Source: Promethearchaeota archaeon
Lineage (GTDB): Archaea > Asgardarchaeota > Lokiarchaeia > Sigyniarchaeales > SOKP01
Assembly: GCA_048940645.1 (NCBI GenBank)
Contig: JBHLOI010000010.1
Location: 1-64,000 of the forward strand
Reading direction: 5' to 3'
DNA length: 64,000 nt
Made by a program: the position numbers and the translations under genes. Under the pieces are notes generated by a model. That model was given only the letters and a program-made list of their open reading frames with translations, had not been told where the DNA came from and did no database searches. Below, piece by piece: positions 48,716 to 59,522 of this stretch. Every line of letters starts with the position of its first letter. The first letter of the stretch is position 1.

Positions 48716-49576
48716 CTATAAAAATTTCTGAGATTTTAGATCTTTAATTTCTTTGCTTTTAACTGATAATTTTCGTTCTAACTCTGCAATTTTATTCTTA
48801 AGAGCCACTGATTCGATTTCTTGTATTATTTTTTCTTTATCAGGCATCTCTAATTCAAATTGCTTGCGTTCAAGTTCTTGGTTCTCTTTTCTTAATTTCT
48901 TAATTTTCTTTTTTACTCTTTTAGACGTTTCTTCTTCAACAATTTCACTACTGATATTTTTTCCAATTGAGCTTATAATTTCTAATTCTTGATTTAAAGT
49001 AGTGAATTTTAAATTCAGCTGCTCAATTTTTTCACTTTTTTCTTCTAATTTTTCGTTTAATATTTCAATTTCATCTTTTAGTCTTTCTATTAAACTATCC
49101 TTTGAGTTCAGGTTATTTTGTAAATGTTTAATTGAAGATTCAAGGAGTAAAATCTCTTTAGGTAATTGATTTTTTTCTCTTATTTCATCTATATTTATTT
49201 TAGAAGAAATGGATTTTTTTCGTTTTAGATCATTTAATTCTTTCTGTGCCGCATTTTTCTCTTTTCTTAAAAACCCCATTCGGTTTTTTAACTCTCTTAT
49301 TACTCTTTCTTTTTCCTTTATCTCAAAAGTAAATTTAGATTCAAATGCTTTTTGTATTGTTTCTTGAGAAGCCTTTTCTGAAATGAAGTCATGAAATTGT
49401 AGAAGTTCTTCTTCGAGATTATCTATTTTTTCAAGATGTCCGTAAATTTCGTTTTCTTTTTTATCTAATTCCAATTTTAGTTGTTTTATTTGTCTCTTAA
49501 GATTATCTAGTACTTTTTTATCCACAATCATCTCAAATAATCCCATTAAAAAGAATAAGGAAATTATGCTATACAC
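48716..49576 (-). CDS. Coiled-coil protein
   Basis: K/E/L heptad-rich throughout. True start uncertain. Confidence 0.75.
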   Translation of the reverse strand: MYSIISLFFLMGLFEMIVDKKVLDNLKRQIKQLKLELDKKENEIYGHLEKIDNLEEELLQFHDFISEKASQETIQKAFESKFTFEIKEKERVIRELKNRMGFLRKEKNAAQKELNDLKRKKSISSKINIDEIREKNQLPKEILLLESSIKHLQNNLNSKDSLIERLKDEIEILNEKLEEKSEKIEQLNLKFTTLNQELEIISSIGKNISSEIVEEETSKRVKKKIKKLRKENQELERKQFELEMPDKEKIIQEIESVALKNKIAELERKLSVKSKEIKDLKSQKFL

Positions 49577-49628
49577 ATTGATAATAATAATCTAGTTTTA
49601 AAAAATTATTTAAAATATTTTATATAAA

Positions 49629-50432
49629 TTATAAATCAAATAATTCTTCTTTCAATTTTTTCAGTTTAAGGTAAAGTTTCTTTAAAGAATTCATCGCTTC
49701 CGAATTTGAGTTAAAATCAATGGGGGAAGTTCCATTCAAATCTGCTTTCCCGACATCTGAATCGAAAGGAACAGTATGGTAAAGGGGTACTTCCCACTCA
49801 CTTATTCGTTTATGAATAGCGTTAATCTGAGAATCATCTATAATTTTATTAGCAATTAAGAATATATTTATTACTCCAAGCTTTTTTGATAAATTTATAA
49901 TTTTAGAACATAGATCTAGAGATTTTTGGGAGGGTTCCGTTATTACAAGCATTATATCAATTCCTTTGGCAGTACCTCTACCTAGATGTTCCAAACCCGC
50001 TTCGAAATCAACTACAATAACTTCATTCCTTTTAACAAATAGGTTATATAGTAGTGTTCTAATTAGGGCATTTTCAGGACATAGACAACCTGTTGCGGGT
50101 TCTTCTATGCTCCCTAAAACTAAAAGTTGTAAACCATCAGGGCCATTAACCTTAAATCTGTCAGGTATATCAGACACTTCTGGATTAATATTATAGACTC
50201 CAGGACCGGCACCAGATACACTTGTACGTTCTTCGATCATTTTTTTCATTTCAGATATCGGTACGATTTTTTCTTTTATATCTGTATCAATCCCTAATGT
50301 ATAGCTTAAGTTCATAGCGGAATCATTGTCAATTGCTAAAACATTAAATCCATCCTTGGCGAACATTCTTGCTAATGTTCCAGCTATTAATGTCTTTCCT
50401 ACTCCTCCTTTTCCTGCTACCGCTATCTTCAT
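49629..50432 (-). CDS. cooC: CooC-like nickel-insertion ATPase
   Basis: GKGGVGKT, GCLCPENAL and DFEAGLEHLGRGT. Confidence 0.9.
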   Translation of the reverse strand: MKIAVAGKGGVGKTLIAGTLARMFAKDGFNVLAIDNDSAMNLSYTLGIDTDIKEKIVPISEMKKMIEERTSVSGAGPGVYNINPEVSDIPDRFKVNGPDGLQLLVLGSIEEPATGCLCPENALIRTLLYNLFVKRNEVIVVDFEAGLEHLGRGTAKGIDIMLVITEPSQKSLDLCSKIINLSKKLGVINIFLIANKIIDDSQINAIHKRISEWEVPLYHTVPFDSDVGKADLNGTSPIDFNSNSEAMNSLKKLYLKLKKLKEELFDL

Positions 50433-50561
50433 AATAAATCTTCAGTATACAAGGATAATAAATCTTTAGTTTACAAGGTTTTAAGTAAAATTTTAAAATG
50501 TATTAAAATCTAAAAGAGAATCTTCAATTTTTTTATAAGGTATTAATTAAAGAGAATAAAA

Positions 50562-50819
50562 TTATTGAATTCTACCCATAGATTGCATTCTCTTTGAAAT
50601 CTTTACCATTTCATCAAATATTTTATGATTTTCTCTTGGGTCTTGGCAAGCTATTAATTTATCATTTAATATTTTAATTTTAAATGTTAAGTCTAAGAAT
50701 TCTTTTGGTGGTTCTAATTGATAATAATATTTTTTCTCACCATTTATTAATTCAATATAGACCCATTTATTCCTCGCTTCATCCCAGTTCCATCGATTAA
50801 CAGATAATTTCCTAGCCAC
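50562..50819 (-). CDS. Hypothetical protein
   Basis: 85-aa ORF with SD-like GGTGGGA upstream. Confidence 0.65.
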   Translation of the reverse strand: MARKLSVNRWNWDEARNKWVYIELINGEKKYYYQLEPPKEFLDLTFKIKILNDKLIACQDPRENHKIFDEMVKISKRMQSMGRIQ

Positions 50820-50964
50820 AATTCATCCCACCATGAGTTACCTTTTAATAATTAATCTAGATTAATTATAAAAACCCTAAAGCATGATTTACCTGTTATT
50901 ATTTATTCCTAAATTAAAATCAGTATTTATTATTTTTTTAATATTATATTAACAGGTTATTATT

Positions 50965-52422
50965 TTATAAATCAAGCTCTCTAAGTGCTTTTTCAGCAGC
51001 TTCTCGAACATCAACATCAGGATCCTTGTATAGTTCTTGTAATACCTCTTTAACTTCTGAATTTTTAAATTTAGTCAATGCTTTTACTAAGTACATTTTT
51101 ATGATCCAATCATTATCCCTAATCATTTCTTTAAAAATATTAAAAATTTTGGGATTTCTAATCATACTCAGAAGTTTGATTGCTGTAATTCTTCTCATTC
51201 TCATATTATCGTTTAAATTTTTAAATAATAGTTCTAAAATTTGATTTTGGGCATTTTCTTCCAATAAATTGAACATTTTCATAAATAAAGAGGGACTTAA
51301 TGTTGCTGAATCAATATATTCTGCAGAAATCTTGGTTTCACTCTTAACTGGGATACCTTTTTCTTGTTCTTTTACTTTTAGTAATAATTTATTTAGCTGA
51401 TTATTTGCATTCTCTACTTTAATTAATTTAACATTAAGAGCTTCTAATTCTTCTTCCTTTAGAGAAATTTTCTTTCTATATTCAGCCTCTCTATTTATTT
51501 CTAAATTTCTTATTTCATTTAATTCATTTACTAATTCATTGTTATGATTTCTTAATTCATTTGTGATCATAACATTTTCATTTAAAGCATTTTTTAAATT
51601 TTCCTTTTCTTTTTCTAATTCTTGTAATCTCCTATATGACTCTTCAATTTTTACATTGGAATCAATTTTCTGTTCTTCAAGATATGATTTGATTGTATTC
51701 TCTATTTTTTGCTGTAAGTAATTTACCTTCTCTTTGTATTCATTGCATTGAATGACTAATTCTTCACGTTCTTTTCTTAGATTATTTAATTCTTCTGTTT
51801 CTTCTTTCTTTGTCGTTAATGCATCTTCTAACTTAGAAGTGATTTCTTGAATTTCAGCTTTTAAGGATTCAATTTTTACTCTATTTATTCCATTTTCTTC
51901 AGTTAATTGGAAGATTAGTCTTTTTGCATCAATTAGTTGTTGATCTTTATCTTCAAAGTCAATTTGCTGAGTGAAAATGGATTCTTGTTGTAATTTTTCT
52001 ATTTTTTCTTGTAATTCGTTAATTTTAACATTTTTTAATTCGTTTTCTTCTGTTAATTGTACAATTACTTTATTTGAATAAATAATTTCTTCATTTTCCT
52101 CATTAAAATTTCTAGAATTTTCTAATTCATTACTGATATCTTCTAATGTCTGTTTTAAGATCTCAATATCTTTGTCTTTTTTAATGAGTTCTTCTCTTTG
52201 ATTAGCAACCATTTCTTTTAATATTTGGATATCTCCAGGCAGATCATCATCTATATCAGAAAGTTGAGCGCGCTGATTCTGAATTATTTGCTTTTGCTCA
52301 TTAATCGTGAAAGTTAATCTCAGGACCTCTTCTCTTAAATACCTGATTATTCTCTCTAAATCCGAATGGGCGCGATTAGTAGAATCAATTGATTCAATTA
52401 AGTCTTTTAATTCTTTACTCAT
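50965..52422 (-). CDS. Long coiled-coil protein with C-terminal HEAT repeats
   Basis: Heptad-rich for about 360 aa, then DNDWIIK...DPDVDVREAAEKAL. Confidence 0.8.
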   Translation of the reverse strand: MSKELKDLIESIDSTNRAHSDLERIIRYLREEVLRLTFTINEQKQIIQNQRAQLSDIDDDLPGDIQILKEMVANQREELIKKDKDIEILKQTLEDISNELENSRNFNEENEEIIYSNKVIVQLTEENELKNVKINELQEKIEKLQQESIFTQQIDFEDKDQQLIDAKRLIFQLTEENGINRVKIESLKAEIQEITSKLEDALTTKKEETEELNNLRKEREELVIQCNEYKEKVNYLQQKIENTIKSYLEEQKIDSNVKIEESYRRLQELEKEKENLKNALNENVMITNELRNHNNELVNELNEIRNLEINREAEYRKKISLKEEELEALNVKLIKVENANNQLNKLLLKVKEQEKGIPVKSETKISAEYIDSATLSPSLFMKMFNLLEENAQNQILELLFKNLNDNMRMRRITAIKLLSMIRNPKIFNIFKEMIRDNDWIIKMYLVKALTKFKNSEVKEVLQELYKDPDVDVREAAEKALRELDL

Positions 52423-52678
52423 TTTTTAATCGTTTAGTTTTAATAATGTTAAAAAAATTTGATTTAAAAAATATTCACATTTATTATCATTTTATTATTT
52501 TAGTGCCTATAATAAAATTTTATAAATGAATGAAAGAAATTTTCTAAAATAATTAATAAATGAGAAGTAATGATATCTACTGTAAATAGAAATATTTAAA
52601 AATATTTTTAAAATTTATTTCCATAGAAAATATAGTTAAACTATAAAAATACTACTATAAGGTACGGAAGTATTAATA

Positions 52679-52897
52679 ATGCCAGATGAACAATTAGATG
52701 ATTTAAAGCAGAGAGATAAAGATGATTTGGATGAGGACGACTGGGATGATGAAGATGACTGGGATGATGAAGATGAAATGGATGATGAAGATGAAATGGA
52801 TAATTATAATGACGGAGAATGGGATGATGAATTCGAATATGATGATGACAACGACTGGGATAATGATGAGAATGAAGAAGATGACGAAGATTATTAA
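52679..52897 (+). CDS. Highly acidic low-complexity protein with W-acidic repeats
   Basis: 46 of 72 residues are D/E. Built from 18-bp repeats GACTGGGATGATGAAGAT and GAAATGGATGATGAAGAT. Confidence 0.65.
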   Translation: MPDEQLDDLKQRDKDDLDEDDWDDEDDWDDEDEMDDEDEMDNYNDGEWDDEFEYDDDNDWDNDENEEDDEDY

Positions 52898-52977
52898 GCA
52901 TTATAATATCGATTAGACCTCTTAGATTCCCATAAAAAAAGGGAATAAATTAATTATATTTTTTTCAATATTTAGTT

Positions 52978-53454
52978 TTACAGAATTTTTATTTCACGAA
53001 TAAAATCTCCTTGTACAATTGAGTTCACAACCTTTTGGTCTTCTGGACCCTCTACTTGACCGAATATTGTGTGACTGTTATTCAAATGTGGCGTCTCTAC
53101 ATGAGTTATAAAGAATTGAGAGCCGTTTGTATTTGAACCTGCATTAGCCATTGCTAGTAATCCAGGGCTGTCAAATTTTCTTCCAGATTGAAACTCATCT
53201 GCAAAAGGATATGAAATTTGCCTTCCTTGGTAAGGAAAAGAGTTAATCCCCACAGATCTAGGTCCACCGGTACCATTTCCAAGAGGGTCTCCACCTTGTA
53301 TCATAAAGTTTTTAATAACACGATGAAACTTAAGACTATTAAAAAATCCTTGTTTAGCTAAAAATAGAAAGCTAGAAACGGTTAGGGGTGCTTCAGTATC
53401 GAATAAATTAATATTAATATTTCCTTTATCTGTTATTAGAATTACTTTTGTCAT
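52978..53454 (-). CDS. Cyclophilin-type peptidyl-prolyl isomerase
   Basis: [31 protein letters not shown] and HTIFGQV. Confidence 0.96.
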   Translation of the reverse strand: MTKVILITDKGNININLFDTEAPLTVSSFLFLAKQGFFNSLKFHRVIKNFMIQGGDPLGNGTGGPRSVGINSFPYQGRQISYPFADEFQSGRKFDSPGLLAMANAGSNTNGSQFFITHVETPHLNNSHTIFGQVEGPEDQKVVNSIVQGDFIREIKIL

Positions 53455-53593
53455 AATTATTTTAAAATTTGTTTGTATTAAAATTATGTTTAAAATACTC
53501 TACTGACTTCTTTTAAATTTATAAAAGATTTAAAATTAATAGCAATAAATCATTTTTATAGTTATATTAAATTCATTCAAATCAAGTACTAAT

Positions 53594-55765
53594 ATGATAG
53601 TGGATAACGATCTCTCTTTCTTTTTTAATCCAAACAGTATAGCAATAGTTGGAGCAAGTTCTGCACCTGGAAAAGTTGGATATAATGTTTTAAAAAATGT
53701 TATCGAATCAGGATATCCTGGAAAAATTTTCCCAATTAATCCAAAAACTAAAACTATTTTTGGATACAAAGCCTATAAAAGTGTTCTAGACGTTCCAGAA
53801 AATATCGATATCGCGATTTTTGTTATTCCAAGTGCAAATGTTATTCCTGTTGCTGAAGAGTGTGGAAAAAAAAAGATTAAGGGAATCGTCATTATTTCTG
53901 CAGGGTTTAAAGAAATTGGTGGAGAAGGTATAAAACGTGAACAAACGTTAGTTCAAATAGCTAAGAAATTTAATATGAGAATAATTGGCCCAAATTGTTT
54001 AGGATTTATAGGATTACACTATAATGGGTCCTTTGCGGCTAATACCCCTAAAAAAGGGCATATCGCAATGATTTCTCAATCTGGAGCTATGTTAACAGGA
54101 ATGATGGATTATTCCATGGAACAAGCGTTTGGTTTTTCTTGTAATATAAGTTTAGGAAATAAAGCTGATTTAGATGAGGCTGATTTTATTAAATTTCTAT
54201 CAGAAGATAATGATACTAAAGTTATTCTTTGTTATTTAGAATCTATAGAAAATGGAAAAAAATTCTTAGAAGTCGTATCTAAAGCCGCTAAAAAAAAACC
54301 AATAATAATTCTAAAAGCAGGTGTTACTGAAGCTGGAGCTAGGGCAGCATCAAGTCATACTGGCGCGTTAGCAGGTTCTGATATTGCATATGAGCTAGCT
54401 TTTGCAAAGTGTGGAATTATAAGAGCAAAAACTATAGCAGATCTTTTTGATTATGGTGAAGTGTTCCTTTTTCAACCTATTCCTCAAAAAAATTCTTTTG
54501 CAATAATAACAAATGCAGGTGGTCCAGGAATTGTAGCAACTGATGCATTTGAACAACAAAATTTAAAATTTGCAAAATTTTCAGAACCAATCCTCCATCA
54601 ATTAAGAGATAAACTACCTATAGAGGCCGCAATATTCAATCCCATTGACATTATTGGAGATGCATCCCCAGAACGATATGAATTTGTTATTAAAACTATT
54701 TTTGGCTTAAATTCTGATGAATCAACTATAAAAGTTAATGATGAAGATATAACCGCATATGGAGCATTAATTATTATGTCCCCACAAGCACAAACGCATC
54801 CTAATGATGTAGCCAAGTCAATTCATAACATTTCACAAAAATTTTTATCGCAAAAACCTATATTATGCTCTTTCATAGGAGGTGTATCTATTAATGAAGC
54901 AACAAAATATTTAAAGCAACATTCTATTCCTTGTTATCCCTTTCCAGAACGAGCGGCTCAGTCTCTCAAAGCGATGGTTGATTATAGTGAATATTTAAAA
55001 GAAACGCCATTAGAGCAATTGATTATCCCTCAATTTGAGGTAAATAGAGAAAGAGTAAAAGAAATATTTCAAAATGTTAGAAAAGACGATAGAACTGTTC
55101 TTCTAAGTCATGAAACAAGTGAAATATTTGAATGCTATGGTATTAAATCCCCAAAATCAAGATTAGCAAGCACTCCTCGTGAAGCGATGAAATTTCAAGA
55201 AGAAATTGGTACTGTTGTAATGAAAATAGTAAGTCCACAAATAATCCATAAAACTGATGTTGGAGGTATTATTTTAAACATTTCATCACCAGAACAGGCA
55301 TTTGAAGCTTATATCCAAATTATTGATAATTCAAAGAGATTTGGCCCTCAAAATGCCAAAGTATATGGTGTAGAAGTTCAAGAGATGATTGATTTTAAAA
55401 AAGAACAGAAAATAAATGAATTAATTATTGGAATGTCGAAAGATCCACAATTTGGGCCGATCTTAATGGTTGGTTCAGGGGGTATTTACGCAAATTTTCT
55501 AAAAGATGTGTCATTTGCTCTCTCATATCAGTTTACAAAAGAAGATGCAAAAGAAATGCTTCAGAAAACCAAAATCTTCAGTATATTGCAAGGGGTTAGA
55601 GGTGAAAGCCCTTCAGATGTAGATTCTGTAATAGAAGTATTATTACGCCTCTCTCAATTAGTTAATAATTTTCCAGAAATTATGGAATTAGACATTAACC
55701 CTCTGCTGAGTTTTATAAAAGATTATTCTGCTGTTGATATAAAAATTACAATCTCACGTGAATGA
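53594..55765 (+). CDS. ADP-forming acetyl-CoA (acyl-CoA) synthetase, fused alpha/beta
   Basis: VGAS, GPNCLG, SQSG, SHTGALAG (phospho-His), TNAGGPG, NPIDIIGDA, HKTDVGG and ELDINP. Confidence 0.92.
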   Translation: MIVDNDLSFFFNPNSIAIVGASSAPGKVGYNVLKNVIESGYPGKIFPINPKTKTIFGYKAYKSVLDVPENIDIAIFVIPSANVIPVAEECGKKKIKGIVIISAGFKEIGGEGIKREQTLVQIAKKFNMRIIGPNCLGFIGLHYNGSFAANTPKKGHIAMISQSGAMLTGMMDYSMEQAFGFSCNISLGNKADLDEADFIKFLSEDNDTKVILCYLESIENGKKFLEVVSKAAKKKPIIILKAGVTEAGARAASSHTGALAGSDIAYELAFAKCGIIRAKTIADLFDYGEVFLFQPIPQKNSFAIITNAGGPGIVATDAFEQQNLKFAKFSEPILHQLRDKLPIEAAIFNPIDIIGDASPERYEFVIKTIFGLNSDESTIKVNDEDITAYGALIIMSPQAQTHPNDVAKSIHNISQKFLSQKPILCSFIGGVSINEATKYLKQHSIPCYPFPERAAQSLKAMVDYSEYLKETPLEQLIIPQFEVNRERVKEIFQNVRKDDRTVLLSHETSEIFECYGIKSPKSRLASTPREAMKFQEEIGTVVMKIVSPQIIHKTDVGGIILNISSPEQAFEAYIQIIDNSKRFGPQNAKVYGVEVQEMIDFKKEQKINELIIGMSKDPQFGPILMVGSGGIYANFLKDVSFALSYQFTKEDAKEMLQKTKIFSILQGVRGESPSDVDSVIEVLLRLSQLVNNFPEIMELDINPLLSFIKDYSAVDIKITISRE

Positions 55766-55833
55766 ATGAATCAGAAAATATAAAAAATGTAATAAATATA
55801 ATTTATATTGATAAAATAAAAGAAGGTATAGTT

Positions 55834-56898
55834 ATGGCAAAAACAATTTATTTATGTTCTTTATCTGAACATGTCGGTAAGAGTTTACTTTCAATTGGCA
55901 TTATGCTTAAATTAAAAGAAGAAGGCAAAAAAGTAGCATATTTCAAGCCTATTGGAGTACCTAAAGGAGCTTTTTCTGATAAGGCTGATAGAGATGTTGG
56001 TTTTATCCAAAGTACTGTATTTAAAACCACATTACCATATGATATTATTAGTCCTGTTTCAATTCCAGATTGTTATTATGTTGATTTAATTGATTCATCA
56101 AAAAAAGAAGAATATCTAAATTCTATAAAAAGCGCCTATGATGAATTAGAAAAAGATTTTGATTATATTATTATTGAAGGTGCTCCAAGTATCAAAAAAT
56201 ATATTCGTGTTGGCTTAGACGACATTACTGTTGCTCAAAAATTAGGTTTAAACGAGTTAGTTTTCATACAAACAGAATCTTCTGATAAGTGTATTGATAC
56301 CTTATTTTTTACTAAAAAATATTTCGAATTTAGAAATATTAAGTTTAAAGGAATTATATTTAACAAAATTGATTACGAATATAAAGCTAGAATCGAAGAA
56401 TTACAAGAAAATCACATAATTCGTTATGAAATTCCCATTATAGGAATTATAGAAAAAAGTCTTGAATTATTAAGCCCCAGAGTGTCTGAAATTCAATATG
56501 CAATTGGAGGTGAACTAATCAACGAACCAGCAAGAGAAAATTTAGATAAGATGGTTGAAACCTATATAATTGCCGCAATGAATGTTCAAGCCGCTTTGAA
56601 ATATTTAAGATCTGTTAAAAAAGCAGCTGTTATTACTGGTGGAGATAGAACTGATGTTGCTCTAGCAGCGTTAGATGAAGATGTGTCGTTATTAGTGCTA
56701 ACCGGATTTATTCAACCAGATGTTGCAGTAATTAGTGCTGCTAATGAGAAAAAGATTCCAATAATTTTAAGCCCTAGTGATACCTATACTACCATTCGAA
56801 ATATGGAGCGCGTAAAACCTGGAATTCAAGAAGAAGAAATACAATTAGTTCTAGAACTTGTCAAAAAGCACTTAAATTGGGATATATTACTGAAATAA
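55834..56898 (+). CDS. Pta N-terminal-like protein (AAA_26 plus DRTGG domain); likely start ATG 55834
   Basis: GKSLL, YFKPIG, IIEGA and ITGGDRTD. Confidence 0.85.
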   Translation: MAKTIYLCSLSEHVGKSLLSIGIMLKLKEEGKKVAYFKPIGVPKGAFSDKADRDVGFIQSTVFKTTLPYDIISPVSIPDCYYVDLIDSSKKEEYLNSIKSAYDELEKDFDYIIIEGAPSIKKYIRVGLDDITVAQKLGLNELVFIQTESSDKCIDTLFFTKKYFEFRNIKFKGIIFNKIDYEYKARIEELQENHIIRYEIPIIGIIEKSLELLSPRVSEIQYAIGGELINEPARENLDKMVETYIIAAMNVQAALKYLRSVKKAAVITGGDRTDVALAALDEDVSLLVLTGFIQPDVAVISAANEKKIPIILSPSDTYTTIRNMERVKPGIQEEEIQLVLELVKKHLNWDILLK

Positions 56899-57147
56899 AA
56901 TATTATTTTTAAACCCTATTTAATTTTATAGTTATTATTCAAGTTAAACCCAATTAATAATAAGATTATTTTGTCGAATTTTGTCATCTAAAAAATTCCT
57001 CCTTTGAACGATGCTATCAAATTAAGTAAAAATATTACTAATCTACTAATCAGAAATCTTTAAATATAATAGATAAAAAATTATACCTAACACCTTTAGA
57101 AATCTAAAAAAAAACAAAAAATATACAAAATTAAAAGGTTATTAATT

Positions 57148-57591
57148 ATGGCTTTTAAAAGTAAAATATGGATATTTTGTTTAATTGGAGCGATAGTTGT
57201 CCTTATCGGGTATTTCACTCCCTATGTAAGTGCTATGGGAATAATTAACATGTGGCTATTTGGATTCATTTCTTCACCGTATGGTGGTTATATGATACCA
57301 TGGACAGGATCATTTCTGATGGTGGGGATTTTAGGGATAATCATTGTAGCTTTAGCTGCTTTAACTTTAGTTATGTCTTTTCTCATGAAGAGCCGAGAAG
57401 ATAACAAGGTAATGAAGATTTTAGTTATAATCTTTGGCGCTGTAATTCTCATTATGGGACTACTTCCTCCTCTTTTAGCTACGGGATATTATGCAATACT
57501 ATTTAGCTTCGTTGGTATCGGATACTATTTAATAATAATCGGTGGTGCGCTCTTAATTCTTTTTGGTATACTTGGTATGGTTCTCAAATAA
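57148..57591 (+). CDS. Hypothetical 4-TM membrane protein
   Basis: Hydrophobic. IWI...P...WLFG pattern shared with the next two genes. Confidence 0.75.
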   Translation: MAFKSKIWIFCLIGAIVVLIGYFTPYVSAMGIINMWLFGFISSPYGGYMIPWTGSFLMVGILGIIIVALAALTLVMSFLMKSREDNKVMKILVIIFGAVILIMGLLPPLLATGYYAILFSFVGIGYYLIIIGGALLILFGILGMVLK

Positions 57592-57834
57592 AGAACTTAC
57601 TATTTTATACTATAAATTTAAACCTTTTTTTTTCTTTTTGTTTACATTTTAACAAATTTCCTTGTTTGTTACTTACTTATAAGTTAAAGGTATCATCAAG
57701 TTATTTATCGAGAACCACAAAATATTAAAAAAAGTGATTTATAGAATATGATCTAATTTCAATTCAAAAAGCTTTTATACTTCTAAAAAGAAATATAATT
57801 TAACAAAAGAAATTCAAAAAATAGTTACTATTTC

Positions 57835-58548
57835 ATGACAGAAGCAAGAGATTATATTTGGATTATTCCATTAATAGCAGGTATTTTAGCAATTGTCTCT
57901 CTTTTAGCCCCTGCAGCTTATTTTAACTTTAGGTTTTATGCCTATTCAATAATGGACAATCTTTGGTTATGGGGCTTATATGCTGCACCCCCCTACGGAT
58001 CGCCAGTAGAATTCGTACCCTCTCCTTTAGTTATGATTCCATCAATCGTTACAACAGCGCTTATAGCAGTAAGTGGTATTTTACTTATAGTCTTTGCTGC
58101 TAAAGGAAAAAGTGGATCAGATTTATTACCAGTTAGAAATGTATCAATAATAACAGGAATTTTAATTTTAGCTAGTGAAATTTTATGGCTTATATTGGTC
58201 CCCCTATTCTTCCCAATAGAGGTCTACTGGGGTGGTTTACCTCCAAGTTATGAAATAACATTTTGGAGTATAAGTTATTATGGAATACATATTATGACCA
58301 TACATAATGTCGGTTTTGGGATTATCGGAGGATTCATTGCAGCTGCGCTTAGTTTTATTGGAATGGGTGCCGCACATTATTTTTCAAAGCAAAGACCAGA
58401 AAAAATATCTAAATCAATAGAACCCATATTGCCAAGTGAAAAAGTTGAGCCTACAGGTAAAACTGATTTTATATTCTGTCCTGAATGTGGAGCAAAAATC
58501 GAAGATCCTAATCTTAAATTCTGTGGAAATTGCGGATATGAATTTTAA
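57835..58548 (+). CDS. Membrane protein with C-terminal zinc ribbon (paralog 1)
   Basis: 4 TM plus CPECG...CGNCG. Confidence 0.85.
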   Translation: MTEARDYIWIIPLIAGILAIVSLLAPAAYFNFRFYAYSIMDNLWLWGLYAAPPYGSPVEFVPSPLVMIPSIVTTALIAVSGILLIVFAAKGKSGSDLLPVRNVSIITGILILASEILWLILVPLFFPIEVYWGGLPPSYEITFWSISYYGIHIMTIHNVGFGIIGGFIAAALSFIGMGAAHYFSKQRPEKISKSIEPILPSEKVEPTGKTDFIFCPECGAKIEDPNLKFCGNCGYEF

Positions 58549-58590
58549 TATAAAATTATTTTTTGAAAATCAAATTAGAGTTGAATTTTT

Positions 58591-59292
58591 ATGACAGATC
58601 CAAAAAAATATATTTGGCTTATTCCTTTAATAGGAGGAATTATAGCGATAGTAGCCACCATAGCGACACCAGCAGTTTCTATGGTCTTTATGGGAATGGC
58701 AAGAGATAGTCTTTGGATGTGGGGTTTTTATACTTTAGACGCTGGACCTGATTCTATAACTCATTTCATACCAAATATAGCAATTTCGATTACATCATTA
58801 GTAGTAACAGCACTTATTGTGGTAAGCGGAATATTACTTATACTATTTGCTGTACTATCAAGAAAGGGAACAAAATTAAGGCGTGTTAGAAATATATCCA
58901 TAATAACAGGGATCCTAATTTTAGCTGGTGAAATTTTATGGCTCATAATTGTGCCAGCAAACTTTCCATTTGAACAATATAGTTTCTGGAGTGGTTATCC
59001 TGGAACTTTTTGGAAACTTTGTTATGGGGTAGTGTGTTTTAACATGCACAATGTAGGATTTGGAATCATTGGAGGATTCTTGGCTGCTGGGCTCGCTTTT
59101 CTCGGAGTTGGTTTGGCAACTTATTATTCAAAGGAAAGACCAGAAAAAGTGATTCAAGCAAAAGAGCCTGTATTGCCAAGTGAAGAAAAGGGTACAGTAA
59201 CCAAAACTGAACTTCTATTTTGTTCAGAATGTGGAACAAAAATCGATGATCCTAATCTTAAGATCTGTACCAATTGTGGACATAAATTTTAA
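58591..59292 (+). CDS. Membrane protein with C-terminal zinc ribbon (paralog 2)
   Basis: 4 TM plus CSECG...CTNCG. HNVGFGIIGGF is shared with paralog 1. Confidence 0.85.
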   Translation: MTDPKKYIWLIPLIGGIIAIVATIATPAVSMVFMGMARDSLWMWGFYTLDAGPDSITHFIPNIAISITSLVVTALIVVSGILLILFAVLSRKGTKLRRVRNISIITGILILAGEILWLIIVPANFPFEQYSFWSGYPGTFWKLCYGVVCFNMHNVGFGIIGGFLAAGLAFLGVGLATYYSKERPEKVIQAKEPVLPSEEKGTVTKTELLFCSECGTKIDDPNLKICTNCGHKF

Positions 59293-59522
59293 AAAATATT
59301 TATCCTTTTTTTTTAAATTAATTTATATTAGATAGATTTCTAACATTTTTGTTAAAACTATATTAGATTGATAACGGTTATCAATTTTTGCTCGCTTTAG
59401 ATAATTTAGTATGAAGCATTTTTTTTCCCTATCTAGTCTAATTAGCATATATTTAACAAACAAATTTTTTAATAGAGTTTAAATTTGCATATCTAATGAA
59501 AATTTCACTTATTTATAAGTAA

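Noticed and set aside
52641-52916. His/Pro-rich (minus strand) and Met-rich (alternative frame) ORFs over the acidic repeat
   Set aside because: By-products of the GATGATGAA repeat. The D/E frame fits the wobble variation best. The His-rich frame (conceivably a Ni binder) is not fully excluded but has no support.
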